DNA from: an uncultured Flavobacterium sp.
Lineage (GTDB): Bacteria; Bacteroidota; Bacteroidia; Flavobacteriales; Flavobacteriaceae
Direction of reading: 5' to 3'
DNA: 52,789 bases
NCBI GenBank assembly: GCA_964537345.1
Contig: CAZIBV010000007.1
Location: 1 to 52,789, forward strand
Below, one piece after another: positions 19,576 to 29,907 of this stretch. Position numbers and translations under genes: made by a program. The notes below the pieces were generated by a model. The model saw only the letters and a list, made by a program, of their open reading frames with translations. It was not told the DNA's origin and ran no database searches. Within the stretch, counting starts at the first letter, position 1; each line of letters begins with the position of its first letter.

Positions 19576-20661
19576 ATGGCAAAAAGTCCTAAATCGTCGG
19601 CGCTAACTGAAATGCACGGCATCGTTCCTCCCGATGCGGTAAGCCGTCATGCGGTGCAAAAAGCGCTCGCGAAAAAACGCGTTCCTGATACCGCCGAACT
19701 GATTGACGGAATCCTCAAGGGAAACATCACCCTGCTGAGCCGCGCCATCACCCTGATTGAAAGCACGAACCCCGCGCACGAACCACAGGCGTCGGAGGTT
19801 GTAAATGCCTGCCTGGCCCATGCCGGAAAAAGCGTCCGAATTGGCGTGACCGGTGTTCCGGGCGTGGGAAAAAGCACATTTATCGAGGCTTTTGGAAAAC
19901 ACCTCACGCAGCGCGGTCACAAGGTAGCCGTCCTGGCCGTCGACCCGAGCAGCACGCTTTCACACGGCAGTATTCTGGGCGACAAAACCCGGATGGAAGA
20001 GCTCGTGAAAGATCCAAACGCCTATATCAGGCCATCGGCATCAGGTGAGACTTTGGGCGGTGTGGCCCGAAAAACGCGCGAAACCATTACACTGTGCGAG
20101 GCTGCCGGATTTGACTACATCATCATTGAAACGGTTGGCGTAGGGCAAAGCGAAACCGCCGTCCACAGCATGGTCGATTTTTTTCTTTTGCTTAAAATTT
20201 CAGGCGCGGGCGACGAGTTGCAAGGCATCAAAAGAGGTATCATGGAAATGGCCGATGCGATTGCCATCAACAAGGCCGACGGTGACAACCTTAAAAAAGC
20301 GCGTCTGGCCAAAACCGAGTTCAACCGCGCCCTTCACCTTTTTCCGCCAAAACCATCGGGATGGACACCAACAGCCGTTACCTGCAGTGCCATCACCCAC
20401 GACGGCATCGCTGACCTTTATGATTTGATAGGAAAGTATTTTTCGCAAACCAGGGAAAACGGCTATTTTGACATCCGCCGCAGCGAACAAAACCATTACT
20501 GGCTTGCCGAAACCATCGACAACAGGCTAAAAAGCGCCTTCTATCAGGATGAGACGGTGAAGGAAAAAATGGACGAATTGCAAAAAGAGGTCACGATAGG
20601 TAAACTATCACCTTTTACTGCGGCGCAACAACTGCTATCGCTGTATTTTTCAAAACGTTGA
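19576..20661 (+). CDS. meaB: Methylmalonyl-CoA mutase-associated GTPase MeaB
   Basis: GVPGVGKS, AVDPSS, GDKTRM, ETVGVGQSE and NKAD motifs. Confidence 0.95.
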   Translation: MAKSPKSSALTEMHGIVPPDAVSRHAVQKALAKKRVPDTAELIDGILKGNITLLSRAITLIESTNPAHEPQASEVVNACLAHAGKSVRIGVTGVPGVGKSTFIEAFGKHLTQRGHKVAVLAVDPSSTLSHGSILGDKTRMEELVKDPNAYIRPSASGETLGGVARKTRETITLCEAAGFDYIIIETVGVGQSETAVHSMVDFFLLLKISGAGDELQGIKRGIMEMADAIAINKADGDNLKKARLAKTEFNRALHLFPPKPSGWTPTAVTCSAITHDGIADLYDLIGKYFSQTRENGYFDIRRSEQNHYWLAETIDNRLKSAFYQDETVKEKMDELQKEVTIGKLSPFTAAQQLLSLYFSKR

Positions 20662-20889
20662 CTAGTCTTCGTAACGGGTAATTTCGCGATCGTAAAAATT
20701 GTTGGCTTCCTCGATCAGGCCTTCCATTACTTGATTCAATTCGGCTTCGTCAATATCCTCGGCCTCTTCTAAAAATTCTACCTCGTCATTGGCCAGGTTA
20801 ATGATAAACCGCGGATAATCCAGGTGGATTACAAAAATATCATCGGGAAAGTCAGTGTTGTCACCCAGTAAAAATTTAGGAAGTTCCAT
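20662..20889 (-). CDS. Conserved small acidic hypothetical protein
   Basis: 75 aa, MELPKFLLGDN...IHLDYPRF, 11 nt downstream of the MATE gene. Confidence 0.8.
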   Translation of the reverse strand: MELPKFLLGDNTDFPDDIFVIHLDYPRFIINLANDEVEFLEEAEDIDEAELNQVMEGLIEEANNFYDREITRYED

Positions 20890-20900
20890 GATTTTATGCG

Positions 20901-22280
20901 TTAGCGGTCAGATGCAAGGATTGACCGTTTGGTTAATTTTTCAAAACGAATATACAAAAATACCGCGGCTGCCGTGAGCCCGGCCAAAAGTCCAATCCAC
21001 ACCCCGACCGCTTTTAGCTCGGTGTATTTTCCGAGGTAGTACGATATGGGAAACCCGATGATCCAGTAGGCGACAAAGGTGATGTACATGGGGATTTTAA
21101 CGTCCTGCAATCCGCGAAGTGCACCCAGAACGACTACCTGAACACCGTCAGAAATCTGGAAGATGGCCGCCACGACCAGAAGTTTGGCAGCAATTTCAAC
21201 CACTTCACGGTTTTCGAGGAGATGATCGGCCTTGTCCAGATTGAGGAAAAACTCAGGAAGTACCTGATGGAACGCGATAAACAGCACGGCAAAAACGGTT
21301 TCGATGAGGATGACCATCAAAAAGATAGACCGCGCCACAACCACCAGGTGTCGATAATCATTCAGACCGCGTTGGTTACTGACGCGAATCATGCCCGTAA
21401 CGCTCAAGCCGGACGCAAACATAAATGTCACCGTGGCCAGGCTGAGCGCGATTTCATTGGCCGCCTGACTCGTCTTTCCGATAGAACCGCAAAGCCAGAC
21501 CGAAGCGGTGAACAACACCACCTCGAACATCATTTGCAGCGCCGACGGAAACCCAAGGTTCACAATCTTTGACGCAAGCGCCCGCTTGAAAGTCATGGCG
21601 TACAAACCTTCAAAAAACGGTTTGAGTTTGTGGTTGTACGACAAGATCAGGTGTAGGAATATCACCATCAGTATCCGCGAAATCAGCGATCCCAGCGCAG
21701 CTCCTTCAACGCCGTATTCCGGGATAATCCAGAATCCGTAAATGAGGGCGTAATTTATGGGTACGTGGATGATGTTGCCCAGAATGATGGCGTACATCGA
21801 ATACTTGGTCATCGACATGCCATCGGCAAACTGCTTATAACCCTGATACATGACCACGGGAATCAGGGAAAGCGCAATCCAATCAAGATACGGTCGTGCG
21901 AGTACAATCACATCGGCCGGCTGGCCCATTGTCGACAGTAGCGGCTTACACAAAAAAACCGCGAGAAAAAGCAAAATTCCCAGTCCGGTGCACAGCAAAA
22001 GTCCGTGGTGAAAAATTGACCGAACACGGGCCTTGTCATTGGCGGCATCGGCCTCGCCTACAAGCGGTGTGATGGCGGTCGAAAATCCGACGCCCAGGGA
22101 AAGCGCTACAAAAAAGAAGCTGTTACCCAAAGACACAGCAGCCAGTGCGGCCGGACCGAGTTGGCCTACCATCAGTTTGTCGACTATTCCTATAAGCGTG
22201 TGGCCCAGCATGCCCAGGATGACGGGATACGCCAAGCGGAAATTGGCCGGGAATTCGTAGAAATATTTTTTGAGATTCAC
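20901..22280 (-). CDS. MATE family efflux transporter
   Basis: About 12 TM segments; DKLMVGQLG and GALRGLQD motifs; GTG start. Confidence 0.93.
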   Translation of the reverse strand: MNLKKYFYEFPANFRLAYPVILGMLGHTLIGIVDKLMVGQLGPAALAAVSLGNSFFFVALSLGVGFSTAITPLVGEADAANDKARVRSIFHHGLLLCTGLGILLFLAVFLCKPLLSTMGQPADVIVLARPYLDWIALSLIPVVMYQGYKQFADGMSMTKYSMYAIILGNIIHVPINYALIYGFWIIPEYGVEGAALGSLISRILMVIFLHLILSYNHKLKPFFEGLYAMTFKRALASKIVNLGFPSALQMMFEVVLFTASVWLCGSIGKTSQAANEIALSLATVTFMFASGLSVTGMIRVSNQRGLNDYRHLVVVARSIFLMVILIETVFAVLFIAFHQVLPEFFLNLDKADHLLENREVVEIAAKLLVVAAIFQISDGVQVVVLGALRGLQDVKIPMYITFVAYWIIGFPISYYLGKYTELKAVGVWIGLLAGLTAAAVFLYIRFEKLTKRSILASDR

Positions 22281-22438
22281 CGCGCAAAGGTAATGTTTAC
22301 GCCTGCCATCTGCCTAAAAAAAATGAGGTTGCCCTGTTATCAAATTTTAAAAACATAAATTCTTGTAGGAATTGTGTAAGACGCTGGTAAAACTGCGAGC
22401 CTAATTTTGCCTTAACAAACCAAGTTAAATCAATTGCA

Positions 22439-22984
22439 ATGAAAACATCGATTAAATTAAAAGGACTTTTTACATTGGCTGCAGCCTTATTTTTTACGGC
22501 GGCAAGCGCACAGGACATCCCGACTCCTGTTGAGAATTACGATCAGGGGTTCCGCCTGGGATTTGGTATTAGCGCAGGAGCCATGACCGACGATTTGTAT
22601 GACTTTGCCTTAGGTGGGGATGTTCGCCTTCAGTACGACTTTTCAAAAAGAACGTCGATTACGCTGACCACCGGATTCACCAATTTGTTTATTGGCGATG
22701 ACGTAAAAGACCTTGGGTTTATTCCGGCCAAAGCTGGTTTTAAGGTATTTTGGTGGGAAGACAGTTTTTACGCCCAGGTAGAAGCTGGTGCGGCGTTCCC
22801 GGTCACGAACGACTACAGCGGACGCGTCGACAACTCACTGCTTTTGTCGCCAACCATTGGATGGGCCAATGAATATATTGATTTGAGCCTTCGCTACGAA
22901 CATTATACTGATTTTCCAACGGCCGACGGTGGCACTGGTGTAGGCCAGGTTGCCCTGCGACTCGCTTACGGATTCCGTCTTTAA
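22439..22984 (+). CDS. Small outer-membrane beta-barrel protein
   Basis: Signal peptide, alternating amphipathic strands, C-terminal LAYGFRL. Confidence 0.8.
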   Translation: MKTSIKLKGLFTLAAALFFTAASAQDIPTPVENYDQGFRLGFGISAGAMTDDLYDFALGGDVRLQYDFSKRTSITLTTGFTNLFIGDDVKDLGFIPAKAGFKVFWWEDSFYAQVEAGAAFPVTNDYSGRVDNSLLLSPTIGWANEYIDLSLRYEHYTDFPTADGGTGVGQVALRLAYGFRL

Positions 22985-22988
22985 AATC

Positions 22989-23010
22989 AAGCCCTCCGGG
23001 GCTTTTTTTT
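22989..23010 (+). terminator. Intrinsic terminator
   Basis: AAGCCC/GGGCTT stem plus T run. Confidence 0.75.
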
Positions 23011-23884
23011 ATTCTGATTCCAGATCGCGGCGGTAATGCGCGATATTGTCCCGAACCTCATCGTCGAGTTCAGGATATGAAAATGCGTATTGCTCAAGCG
23101 ACTCGAGAATGATTTTCCCCACAATGTATCGCGCCAACGGTTTGTCGTCGGCCGGAACAATAAACCACGGGGCGTGTGTGTGCGAGGTTCTCGACAACAA
23201 ATCCTCATAACAGGATATGTAGCTGTCCCAAAGTCCGCGTTCGCGCAAATCGCCGGGCGAGAATTTCCAGTTGTGTTTTTCCTCGTCCAATCGGCGCAAA
23301 AGACGTTGGCGTTGCTCTTCCTTGCCAAGGTTTAAAAAGAATTTCAGCACAATGGTGCCGTTTTGCGCCAAATGTCTTTCAAAATGGTTGATGGACTCAA
23401 AGCGCGAATCCCAAAATGCATCATCAATCTGATCGACACTTTCAATTCCGGGAATATTTTCATTGAGGATATAATCCGGATGCACGCGCGTTACCAATAC
23501 ATTTTCATAATGCGTCCGGTTAAAGACGGCAAACTTTCCCTTTTCAGGAAGCGCCAGATAGTGCCGCCACATATAATCGTGCTCGAGTTCAGCACTGGTA
23601 GGCGTTTTAAAACTATGGACGACAATCCCGCGGACGTTGAGTTCCTTAAAAACCTCGCGGATCAAGCTGTCCTTGCCGGCGGTGTCCATTCCCTGAAGAC
23701 AGATGAGTACCGCATAACGATTGTGCGAATACATCTTGTCCTGAATTTTGGCCAGCTTTTTTTGGACTTTGTCCAGCCATTCCTCAACAATTTCTTCATC
23801 AAATGAATCGCGGAAACGCGTGGGCCACTGCGAAAGATTTACACGCCCCGAAGCGAGAAACTCGTTAACCGAAAAGTTTTCCAT
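23009..23884 (-). CDS. ppk2: Polyphosphate kinase 2 family (polyP:nucleotide phosphotransferase)
   Basis: QGMDTAGKD, FNRTHYE, WKFSPGD and APWFIVPADDK motifs. Confidence 0.93.
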   Translation of the reverse strand: MENFSVNEFLASGRVNLSQWPTRFRDSFDEEIVEEWLDKVQKKLAKIQDKMYSHNRYAVLICLQGMDTAGKDSLIREVFKELNVRGIVVHSFKTPTSAELEHDYMWRHYLALPEKGKFAVFNRTHYENVLVTRVHPDYILNENIPGIESVDQIDDAFWDSRFESINHFERHLAQNGTIVLKFFLNLGKEEQRQRLLRRLDEEKHNWKFSPGDLRERGLWDSYISCYEDLLSRTSHTHAPWFIVPADDKPLARYIVGKIILESLEQYAFSYPELDDEVRDNIAHYRRDLESE

Positions 23885-23916
23885 AGTTTTAGGTTTTGAT
23901 AAAGATAGTTAATGTT

Positions 23917-24741
23917 ATGAAACAGATCCTGTTTGAATTGTTTTTGCAACTGACCGGCGTCGGATCGGCATCGGGACTGGTGTACGATCAGGCGAATCTA
24001 TACCTGATTTCTGACAACAGCACGTTTTTGTACCGATATGATGTTAATCAAAAGCAACTGGATTCCATCGCCATCGACGCGCTTCCCGCCGCAAATCTGG
24101 CCAAGCCTGCCAAACCGGATTTTGAAGCCATCGCCATAAATGACGGGAACCTTTACGCCATCGGATCGGGTTCAACCCCAAACCGGCAACGCATGGCCGT
24201 CGTCAACCTTAAAACCAATGATTTTTCAATTGCCGATATGAGCGCCTTTTACGCCAAACTCAAAAAAACGGCAAACCTGACGGACGATCAGTTTAATCTT
24301 GAAGGATTGGTTTTTACCCAGACGAGCGTTTTGTTGTTTCAGCGCGGAAACGGAACCGGCCGGGCCAATGGCGTTTTTGTGGCCGACGGGCTTGGTGCCG
24401 ATGCCGATGTATCCTACCATCCCGTTGACTTGCCTTCGATTGGCGGTGTGCCATCATCCTTTACCGATGCAACTATGGCGAATGGACGACTTTTTGTGCT
24501 CGCGTCGGCCGAGGCTTCAAACTCCACATATCTGGATGGTGAAGTGGCCGGAAGCCTGATTGCCGAACTCGACATAAGGACGTTTCAACTTAAAAAGCAC
24601 CTGATCTTGCCCGGCGTCAAAAAGTTTGAAGGCCTTGCATGCGCCCATCAAAATGGCAAGAAATTTAGCTTCTACCTATGTGAAGATGCCGATTCCAGCG
24701 TGCTTCAGTCAGAAATATATCGGCTTGACATAAAATTTTAA
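23917..24741 (+). CDS. DUF6929-like beta-propeller protein
   Basis: GSASGL, ISDNS, KPDFEA, GSGS and NLEG motifs. Confidence 0.65.
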   Translation: MKQILFELFLQLTGVGSASGLVYDQANLYLISDNSTFLYRYDVNQKQLDSIAIDALPAANLAKPAKPDFEAIAINDGNLYAIGSGSTPNRQRMAVVNLKTNDFSIADMSAFYAKLKKTANLTDDQFNLEGLVFTQTSVLLFQRGNGTGRANGVFVADGLGADADVSYHPVDLPSIGGVPSSFTDATMANGRLFVLASAEASNSTYLDGEVAGSLIAELDIRTFQLKKHLILPGVKKFEGLACAHQNGKKFSFYLCEDADSSVLQSEIYRLDIKF

Positions 24742-24863
24742 TTCAAATATTTAGGCTGAATATCAACAGGTTGCGCAAAATCGTTACAAATTTACCAAGC
24801 TTTTTTAAACGCGATCCCAACCATTTTAAAAAGATGGGTATCTTACCTTAAAACCTCCCGACA

Positions 24864-25400
24864 GTGATAAGTGAAATCCTGGTGTTAAACTGCAAAAAGA
24901 TGCAACGCGACGCACAACGCAAGGTGTACGAGCTGCTCTCGCCGCGTTTATACCGCACTTGCCGCCGCTATTTAAAACATGAGGAGGACATTGAGGAAGC
25001 GCTGGCCGACACTTTCTTTATCATTTTTACCAAAATCGATCAACTTAAGGACAATGCCGTATTTGAAGGTTGGGCTCGCCGGATAGCCGTGAACCAATGC
25101 CTGCAGATGCTGCGCCGAAAAGTGAATTTCAATTTGTATCTGGACGATGTTTCGCACAAGGTTCAGCCCGCGGTTGACGCCATCGACCATCTGGCCGAAG
25201 AAGACCTGATGGGACTGCTGACCAAAATTCCCGCCGGATGCCGCACCGTTTTTAACCTTTATGTAATTGAAGGTTATTCACACAAGGAAATCGCGCAGAT
25301 GTTGCAGGTGTCAGAAGGCACTTCAAAATCACAACTCAACGCAGCAAAAACACGCCTTAAGGATTTGGTCAACCAACTGTATTACGCAAAAGCAAGATGA
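24864..25400 (+). CDS. ECF RNA polymerase sigma factor
   Basis: Region 2 FEGWARRIAVN; region 4 EGYSHKEIAQML..SEGTSKSQL. Confidence 0.95.
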   Translation: MISEILVLNCKKMQRDAQRKVYELLSPRLYRTCRRYLKHEEDIEEALADTFFIIFTKIDQLKDNAVFEGWARRIAVNQCLQMLRRKVNFNLYLDDVSHKVQPAVDAIDHLAEEDLMGLLTKIPAGCRTVFNLYVIEGYSHKEIAQMLQVSEGTSKSQLNAAKTRLKDLVNQLYYAKAR

Positions 25401-26239
25401 AAATAAATCCACAGGACCGGTTTGAAGAGCGCTTTAGGAATGCGGCGCAACACGACGAGGAAACTTTTCCGCAAATGGAAAACGTTTGGGATCGCGTGGA
25501 GGCCAAACTCGATCAGGAGCGTTTGACTACGCAAAAGTCGATGTGGAAAAGATGGGCCATCGCGGCATCGGTTTTACTGGTGGCTACCGTAGGATACCAG
25601 ATTTTCAATACCAACGAGACGCCGGCCTCACAAACGGTAGAGGTTGCAGTCCCGGAAATCATGGCGCCGCGTCCGGTTCCAGCCGCCGATTCATCTCCCG
25701 AAATAAAACCTGAAGCCAGCGCCATTTTGCAACGTCAGGTTGTTGAGCAAACTCCCGTGGCCGTTGCCGTAGCCGATGCCCTGCCCGCTGCGGTTGATGG
25801 CTACGAAACCGACGAGCCTCAGCCACCGATAATGACACACGAAGCCAAACGCGAAGACGATGAAATGGCTACCCAGATTTTTTCGGCGCGGGGCGTCAAA
25901 CGCGTTCCGGCTGCACCTGAAGCCAAAAAGCACGATCCGCTTTACGTGCTCGACGGAAAAGTAAGTACGCGGGCGGAGGCGGAGGCTGTTGCCGATCCGG
26001 GAACCGTGGTCAAACTGGAAAATCCGCTGTATATCATCAACGGACAGGAATACACTGAAAAAGAAATGTTTGGTCCGGAGCCTACCAGTCCGTATGCGCC
26101 GCTGGACCAACAGGACATCGAGTCAATTTCCATACTGCAGGGGAAAGAGGCTACCGATGCGTATGGCCGAAAAGGCCGGAAAGGTGTGGTGATCATCACG
26201 ACCAAAACGGGAAAGCCAAAACCTAAAAAGGCTCCGTAA
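25397..26239 (+). CDS. Putative anti-sigma factor (one TM segment) with C-terminal TonB-receptor plug-like domain
   Basis: ATGA overlap with the sigma gene; VWDRVE..WAIAASVLLV; PLYIING...DIESISIL..YG..G..GVVIITTK. Confidence 0.75.
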   Translation: MKINPQDRFEERFRNAAQHDEETFPQMENVWDRVEAKLDQERLTTQKSMWKRWAIAASVLLVATVGYQIFNTNETPASQTVEVAVPEIMAPRPVPAADSSPEIKPEASAILQRQVVEQTPVAVAVADALPAAVDGYETDEPQPPIMTHEAKREDDEMATQIFSARGVKRVPAAPEAKKHDPLYVLDGKVSTRAEAEAVADPGTVVKLENPLYIINGQEYTEKEMFGPEPTSPYAPLDQQDIESISILQGKEATDAYGRKGRKGVVIITTKTGKPKPKKAP

Positions 26240-26268
26240 AACCATTTTACAACTTAAAATTTTTAGTC

Positions 26269-28116
26269 ATGAAAAAGCTTATCCTTATTTCATTTGGCCT
26301 CGCCATGCTTTTATTTCTGGGCTCGGCAAACGTAAATCCCACGGTTACCATCACCGGAATCGTCAGCGATGCCACCGGACCAATCCCGGGCGCGAACGTT
26401 GTCGAAAAAGGCACAACCAATGGCGTCCAAACCAACATCGACGGCCGCTATTCCATCAAAACGCAAAAAGGAGCCACCCTGGTTTTCTCGTTTGTCGGAT
26501 TAAAATCCAAATCCGTCAAGGTGAACAACCAAAAAGTCATCAACGTAGTTCTTGAACAAAGTGCGACCATTAGTGAAGTGGTGACAACCGGAGCGCTTGG
26601 CATCAAAAAGAAAGAGATTCATTCAATGGATGCGCTTAAAGGCAGAGTGGCCGGTGTTTCGCTTTCAGAGCAAAAGCAGCCAAATATCTACCGTGACCGG
26701 AATTTCGTCCCAACAACCAATAACGAAGACTACGGAAGCTTTGTCGAAAACCAGTTTGAAACGCCCAAAACCGCGCCGCTTTCAACCTTTTCCATCGATG
26801 TGGACAATGCGTCGTACACCAACATCAGGCGTTTTATCAACAACGGGCAAAAGGTTCCAAAAGATGCCGTCCGGGTGGAGGAAATGGTCAACTTTTTCAA
26901 ATACGATTATCCACAGCCAAAGTCACATCCGTTTTCAATTACAACCAATTACACTGATTGTCCATGGAATGACAAACACAAACTGGTGCGCATCGGCCTT
27001 CAGGGAAAAATCACCGACATCGACAACCTTCCAGCGTCAAACCTGGTGTTTTTGATAGATGTTTCAGGATCGATGGGTGCGCAGAACAAGTTGCCGCTTT
27101 TGGTGGAGTCGATGAAAATTCTGGTCAACCAAATGCGCGCCACCGACAAGGTATCGATTGTGGTTTATGCCGGTGCGGCCGGAATGGTGCTCCCTCCTAC
27201 GCCCGGAACGGAAAAGCAAACCATTGTTGAAGCCCTCTCGCGTTTGTCGGCGGGCGGAAGCACAGCAGGTGGCGCAGGAATTGAACTGGCCTATAAAACG
27301 GCTCAGGAGAACTTTATCAAGGGCGGGAACAACCGCGTCATTTTGGCCACCGACGGCGATTTCAACGTGGGCGCATCGTCAAACAACGACATGGAAAAGT
27401 TGATTGAAGAAAAGCGCAAATCCGGGGTTTTCCTCACCGTTCTGGGCTACGGAATGGGCAATTACAAAGACAGCAAAATGGAAATTCTGGCCAACAAGGG
27501 CAACGGGAATTACGCCTATATCGACAACCTTCAGGAAGCCAACCGCTTTTTGGGCAAGGAGTTCAAGGGATCGATGTTTGCCATTGCAAAAGATGTCAAA
27601 ATCCAGGTTGAATTTAATCCTTCACATGTAAAGGCGTATCGCCTGATTGGTTACGAAAACCGCAAACTGCGTCCTGAAGATTTTACAAATGACGCCATTG
27701 ACGCCGGCGAACTGGGCAGCGGCCACACGGTCACGGCGCTTTATGAAGTGATTCCGGCCGCTGTTGAATCAAAGTTTTACAATGAACCCGGAAATCTGAA
27801 ATATTCGACGCCTGCGGTTAAATCCGGGTATGCCGACGAACTCGCTACGGTAAAATTCCGTTACAAGGCACCCGACGGCGACAAAAGCAAGGAAATCGTC
27901 CACACTGTTGCAAAACAGGCCGAATCGCTTGCTGCCGCAGGAGAGGACACGCGGTTTGCAGCGGCCGTGGCCTGGTTTGGACTGAGCTTACGGGAAAGCA
28001 AACTGATCGCCGAAAATTCAAAAATAAAAATCCGGGAGCTGGCACAATCAGGCGCACAAAAGGACACCGACGGATACCGCGCCGAATTCATCAGGCTGCT
28101 GGATGCTTCGTTGTAA
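26269..28116 (+). CDS. YfbK-like vWA domain protein with N-terminal CarboxypepD_reg-like domain
   Basis: PIPGANVVEKGT, STFSIDVD, MIDAS DVSGS, ATDGDFNVG and YRLIGYENR motifs. Confidence 0.9.
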   Translation: MKKLILISFGLAMLLFLGSANVNPTVTITGIVSDATGPIPGANVVEKGTTNGVQTNIDGRYSIKTQKGATLVFSFVGLKSKSVKVNNQKVINVVLEQSATISEVVTTGALGIKKKEIHSMDALKGRVAGVSLSEQKQPNIYRDRNFVPTTNNEDYGSFVENQFETPKTAPLSTFSIDVDNASYTNIRRFINNGQKVPKDAVRVEEMVNFFKYDYPQPKSHPFSITTNYTDCPWNDKHKLVRIGLQGKITDIDNLPASNLVFLIDVSGSMGAQNKLPLLVESMKILVNQMRATDKVSIVVYAGAAGMVLPPTPGTEKQTIVEALSRLSAGGSTAGGAGIELAYKTAQENFIKGGNNRVILATDGDFNVGASSNNDMEKLIEEKRKSGVFLTVLGYGMGNYKDSKMEILANKGNGNYAYIDNLQEANRFLGKEFKGSMFAIAKDVKIQVEFNPSHVKAYRLIGYENRKLRPEDFTNDAIDAGELGSGHTVTALYEVIPAAVESKFYNEPGNLKYSTPAVKSGYADELATVKFRYKAPDGDKSKEIVHTVAKQAESLAAAGEDTRFAAAVAWFGLSLRESKLIAENSKIKIRELAQSGAQKDTDGYRAEFIRLLDASL

Positions 28117-28126
28117 ATTGGGTTGG

Positions 28127-28154
28127 AAAAGGATGGCTTAGGCTGTCCTTTTTT
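28127..28154. terminator. Bidirectional terminator
   Basis: AAAAGGATGGC/GCTGTCCTTTT between convergent genes. Confidence 0.75.
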
Positions 28155-29787
28155 ACTTTTCGATCTCGCGCAGGTTTTCCATCTTTTTCATTTCGAGGAA
28201 ACCTTTGATGTCCTCAAAATGTTCGCGGACGCGCTTTTGACCAAATTCAAAAACCTTTTTGGCGAGTCCGTCCAGAAAGTCCCGGTCGTGCGACACCAGA
28301 ATCAGCGTGCCGTCAAAATCATTGAGGGCTTCCTTAATGATGTCCTTGGTTTTCATATCGAGGTGGTTGGTAGGTTCGTCGAGAATCAGCACGTTAACCG
28401 GTTCCAATAGCAGTTTTACCATCGCCAGACGGGTTTTCTCACCACCGGAGAGCACTTTTACTTTTTTGTGGATGTCATCGCCACCAAACATAAACGCACC
28501 CAGAATATTCTTGATTTGCGTGCGGATGTCGCCAAAGGCAATGCGGTCGACCGTTTCAAAAACAGTTAATTCGCCGTCGAGCAAGGAAGCCTGGTTTTGC
28601 GCAAAATAGCCCACTTTTACGTTGTGGCCAATTTCGACAGTTCCGGATTCCGGCTGGATTTCTTTCATGATGGCTTTGATCATGGTTGATTTTCCCTCGC
28701 CGTTTTTACCCACAAAAGCCACTTTTTGCCCGCGTTCAATCACCAAGTTGGCATCTTTAAAAACGACGTGATCGCCGTATTGTTTGCACAGATCAGTCAC
28801 CACAACCGGATACTGCCCGGACCGCGGCGACGGCGGAAACTTAAGGCGCAGCGCCGATGTATCCACTTCATCAACCTCGACCAATTCCAGCTTTTCGAGC
28901 ATCTTGACCCGCGACTGCACCTGAAGCGTTTTGGAATACGTTCCCTTGAACCGCTCGATAAACTCGGTGGTTTCGGCAATCATCTTTTGCTGTTCCTCAT
29001 AAGCCTTTTGCTGGTGCGCGCGACGGTCCTTGCGCAATTCCAGATAATGCGAGTACTTGGCCTTGTAGTCGTAAATGCGGCCCATGGTCACCTCGATGGT
29101 GCGGTTGGTGATGTTGTCAACAAAGGCGCGGTCGTGCGATATGACAATCACCGCCTTGGCCTGAGTCACCAAAAAATCCTCGAGCCACTGGATCGATTCG
29201 ATGTCCATGTGGTTGGTGGGCTCGTCGAGCAAAATCAGGTCAGGCTGTTGCAAAAGGATTTTGGCCAGTTCGATACGCATCCGCCATCCGCCGGAAAACT
29301 CTGAGGTTGGCCGCGCGAAATCTTCGCGTTCAAACCCTAGTCCCTTGAGCACTTTTTCCACCTCGGCCTCGTAATTCACTTCCTCGATCGAGTAGAATTT
29401 TTCGCTGAGTTCCGATACGCGCTCAATCAGTTTCATGTAATCGTCGCTTTCGTAATCAGTCCGGACGGTAAGCTGTTCGTTAAGCGCATCGATTTCCGAT
29501 TTCATTTTGAAAATGTCGGCAAAAGCCTTTGACGTCTCCTCAAAAACGGTGGCGTCGTCCTGGGTGAGCAGGTGTTGCGGCAAATAGGCGATCACCGCAT
29601 CCTTTGGCGCCGAAACCGCTCCCGACGACGGCTTGTTGACGCCGGCAATTATTTTTAACAGCGTCGATTTGCCCGCGCCGTTTTTGCCCATAAGGGCGAT
29701 TTTGTCGTTCTCGTTGATGGAAAAAGTAACGTCGCTAAAAAGCGTGGTGCCTCCAAAATGTACGGCTATGTCGTTGACGGTGATCAT
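28153..29787 (-). CDS. ABC-F family ATPase
   Basis: Two ABC domains (GKNGAGKS, FSGGWRMR, DEPTNH), no TM segments. Confidence 0.93.
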   Translation of the reverse strand: MITVNDIAVHFGGTTLFSDVTFSINENDKIALMGKNGAGKSTLLKIIAGVNKPSSGAVSAPKDAVIAYLPQHLLTQDDATVFEETSKAFADIFKMKSEIDALNEQLTVRTDYESDDYMKLIERVSELSEKFYSIEEVNYEAEVEKVLKGLGFEREDFARPTSEFSGGWRMRIELAKILLQQPDLILLDEPTNHMDIESIQWLEDFLVTQAKAVIVISHDRAFVDNITNRTIEVTMGRIYDYKAKYSHYLELRKDRRAHQQKAYEEQQKMIAETTEFIERFKGTYSKTLQVQSRVKMLEKLELVEVDEVDTSALRLKFPPSPRSGQYPVVVTDLCKQYGDHVVFKDANLVIERGQKVAFVGKNGEGKSTMIKAIMKEIQPESGTVEIGHNVKVGYFAQNQASLLDGELTVFETVDRIAFGDIRTQIKNILGAFMFGGDDIHKKVKVLSGGEKTRLAMVKLLLEPVNVLILDEPTNHLDMKTKDIIKEALNDFDGTLILVSHDRDFLDGLAKKVFEFGQKRVREHFEDIKGFLEMKKMENLREIEK

Positions 29788-29907
29788 CGGGTAATTTTTT
29801 GAAGCGGCAAAGATAGTTCATGAATCAGGAATTTCGATTTAAAGTTTTGCGGTTTAATGAACGTAAACAATTTGCAACCGTTGCGCTTCAAGTCCTACCT
29901 TTGCAAC

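Noticed and set aside
25397-28116. Frameshifted single gene (anti-sigma fused to vWA)
   Set aside because: Each ORF has a clean stop and start, and the second has its own signal peptide and A-rich leader.
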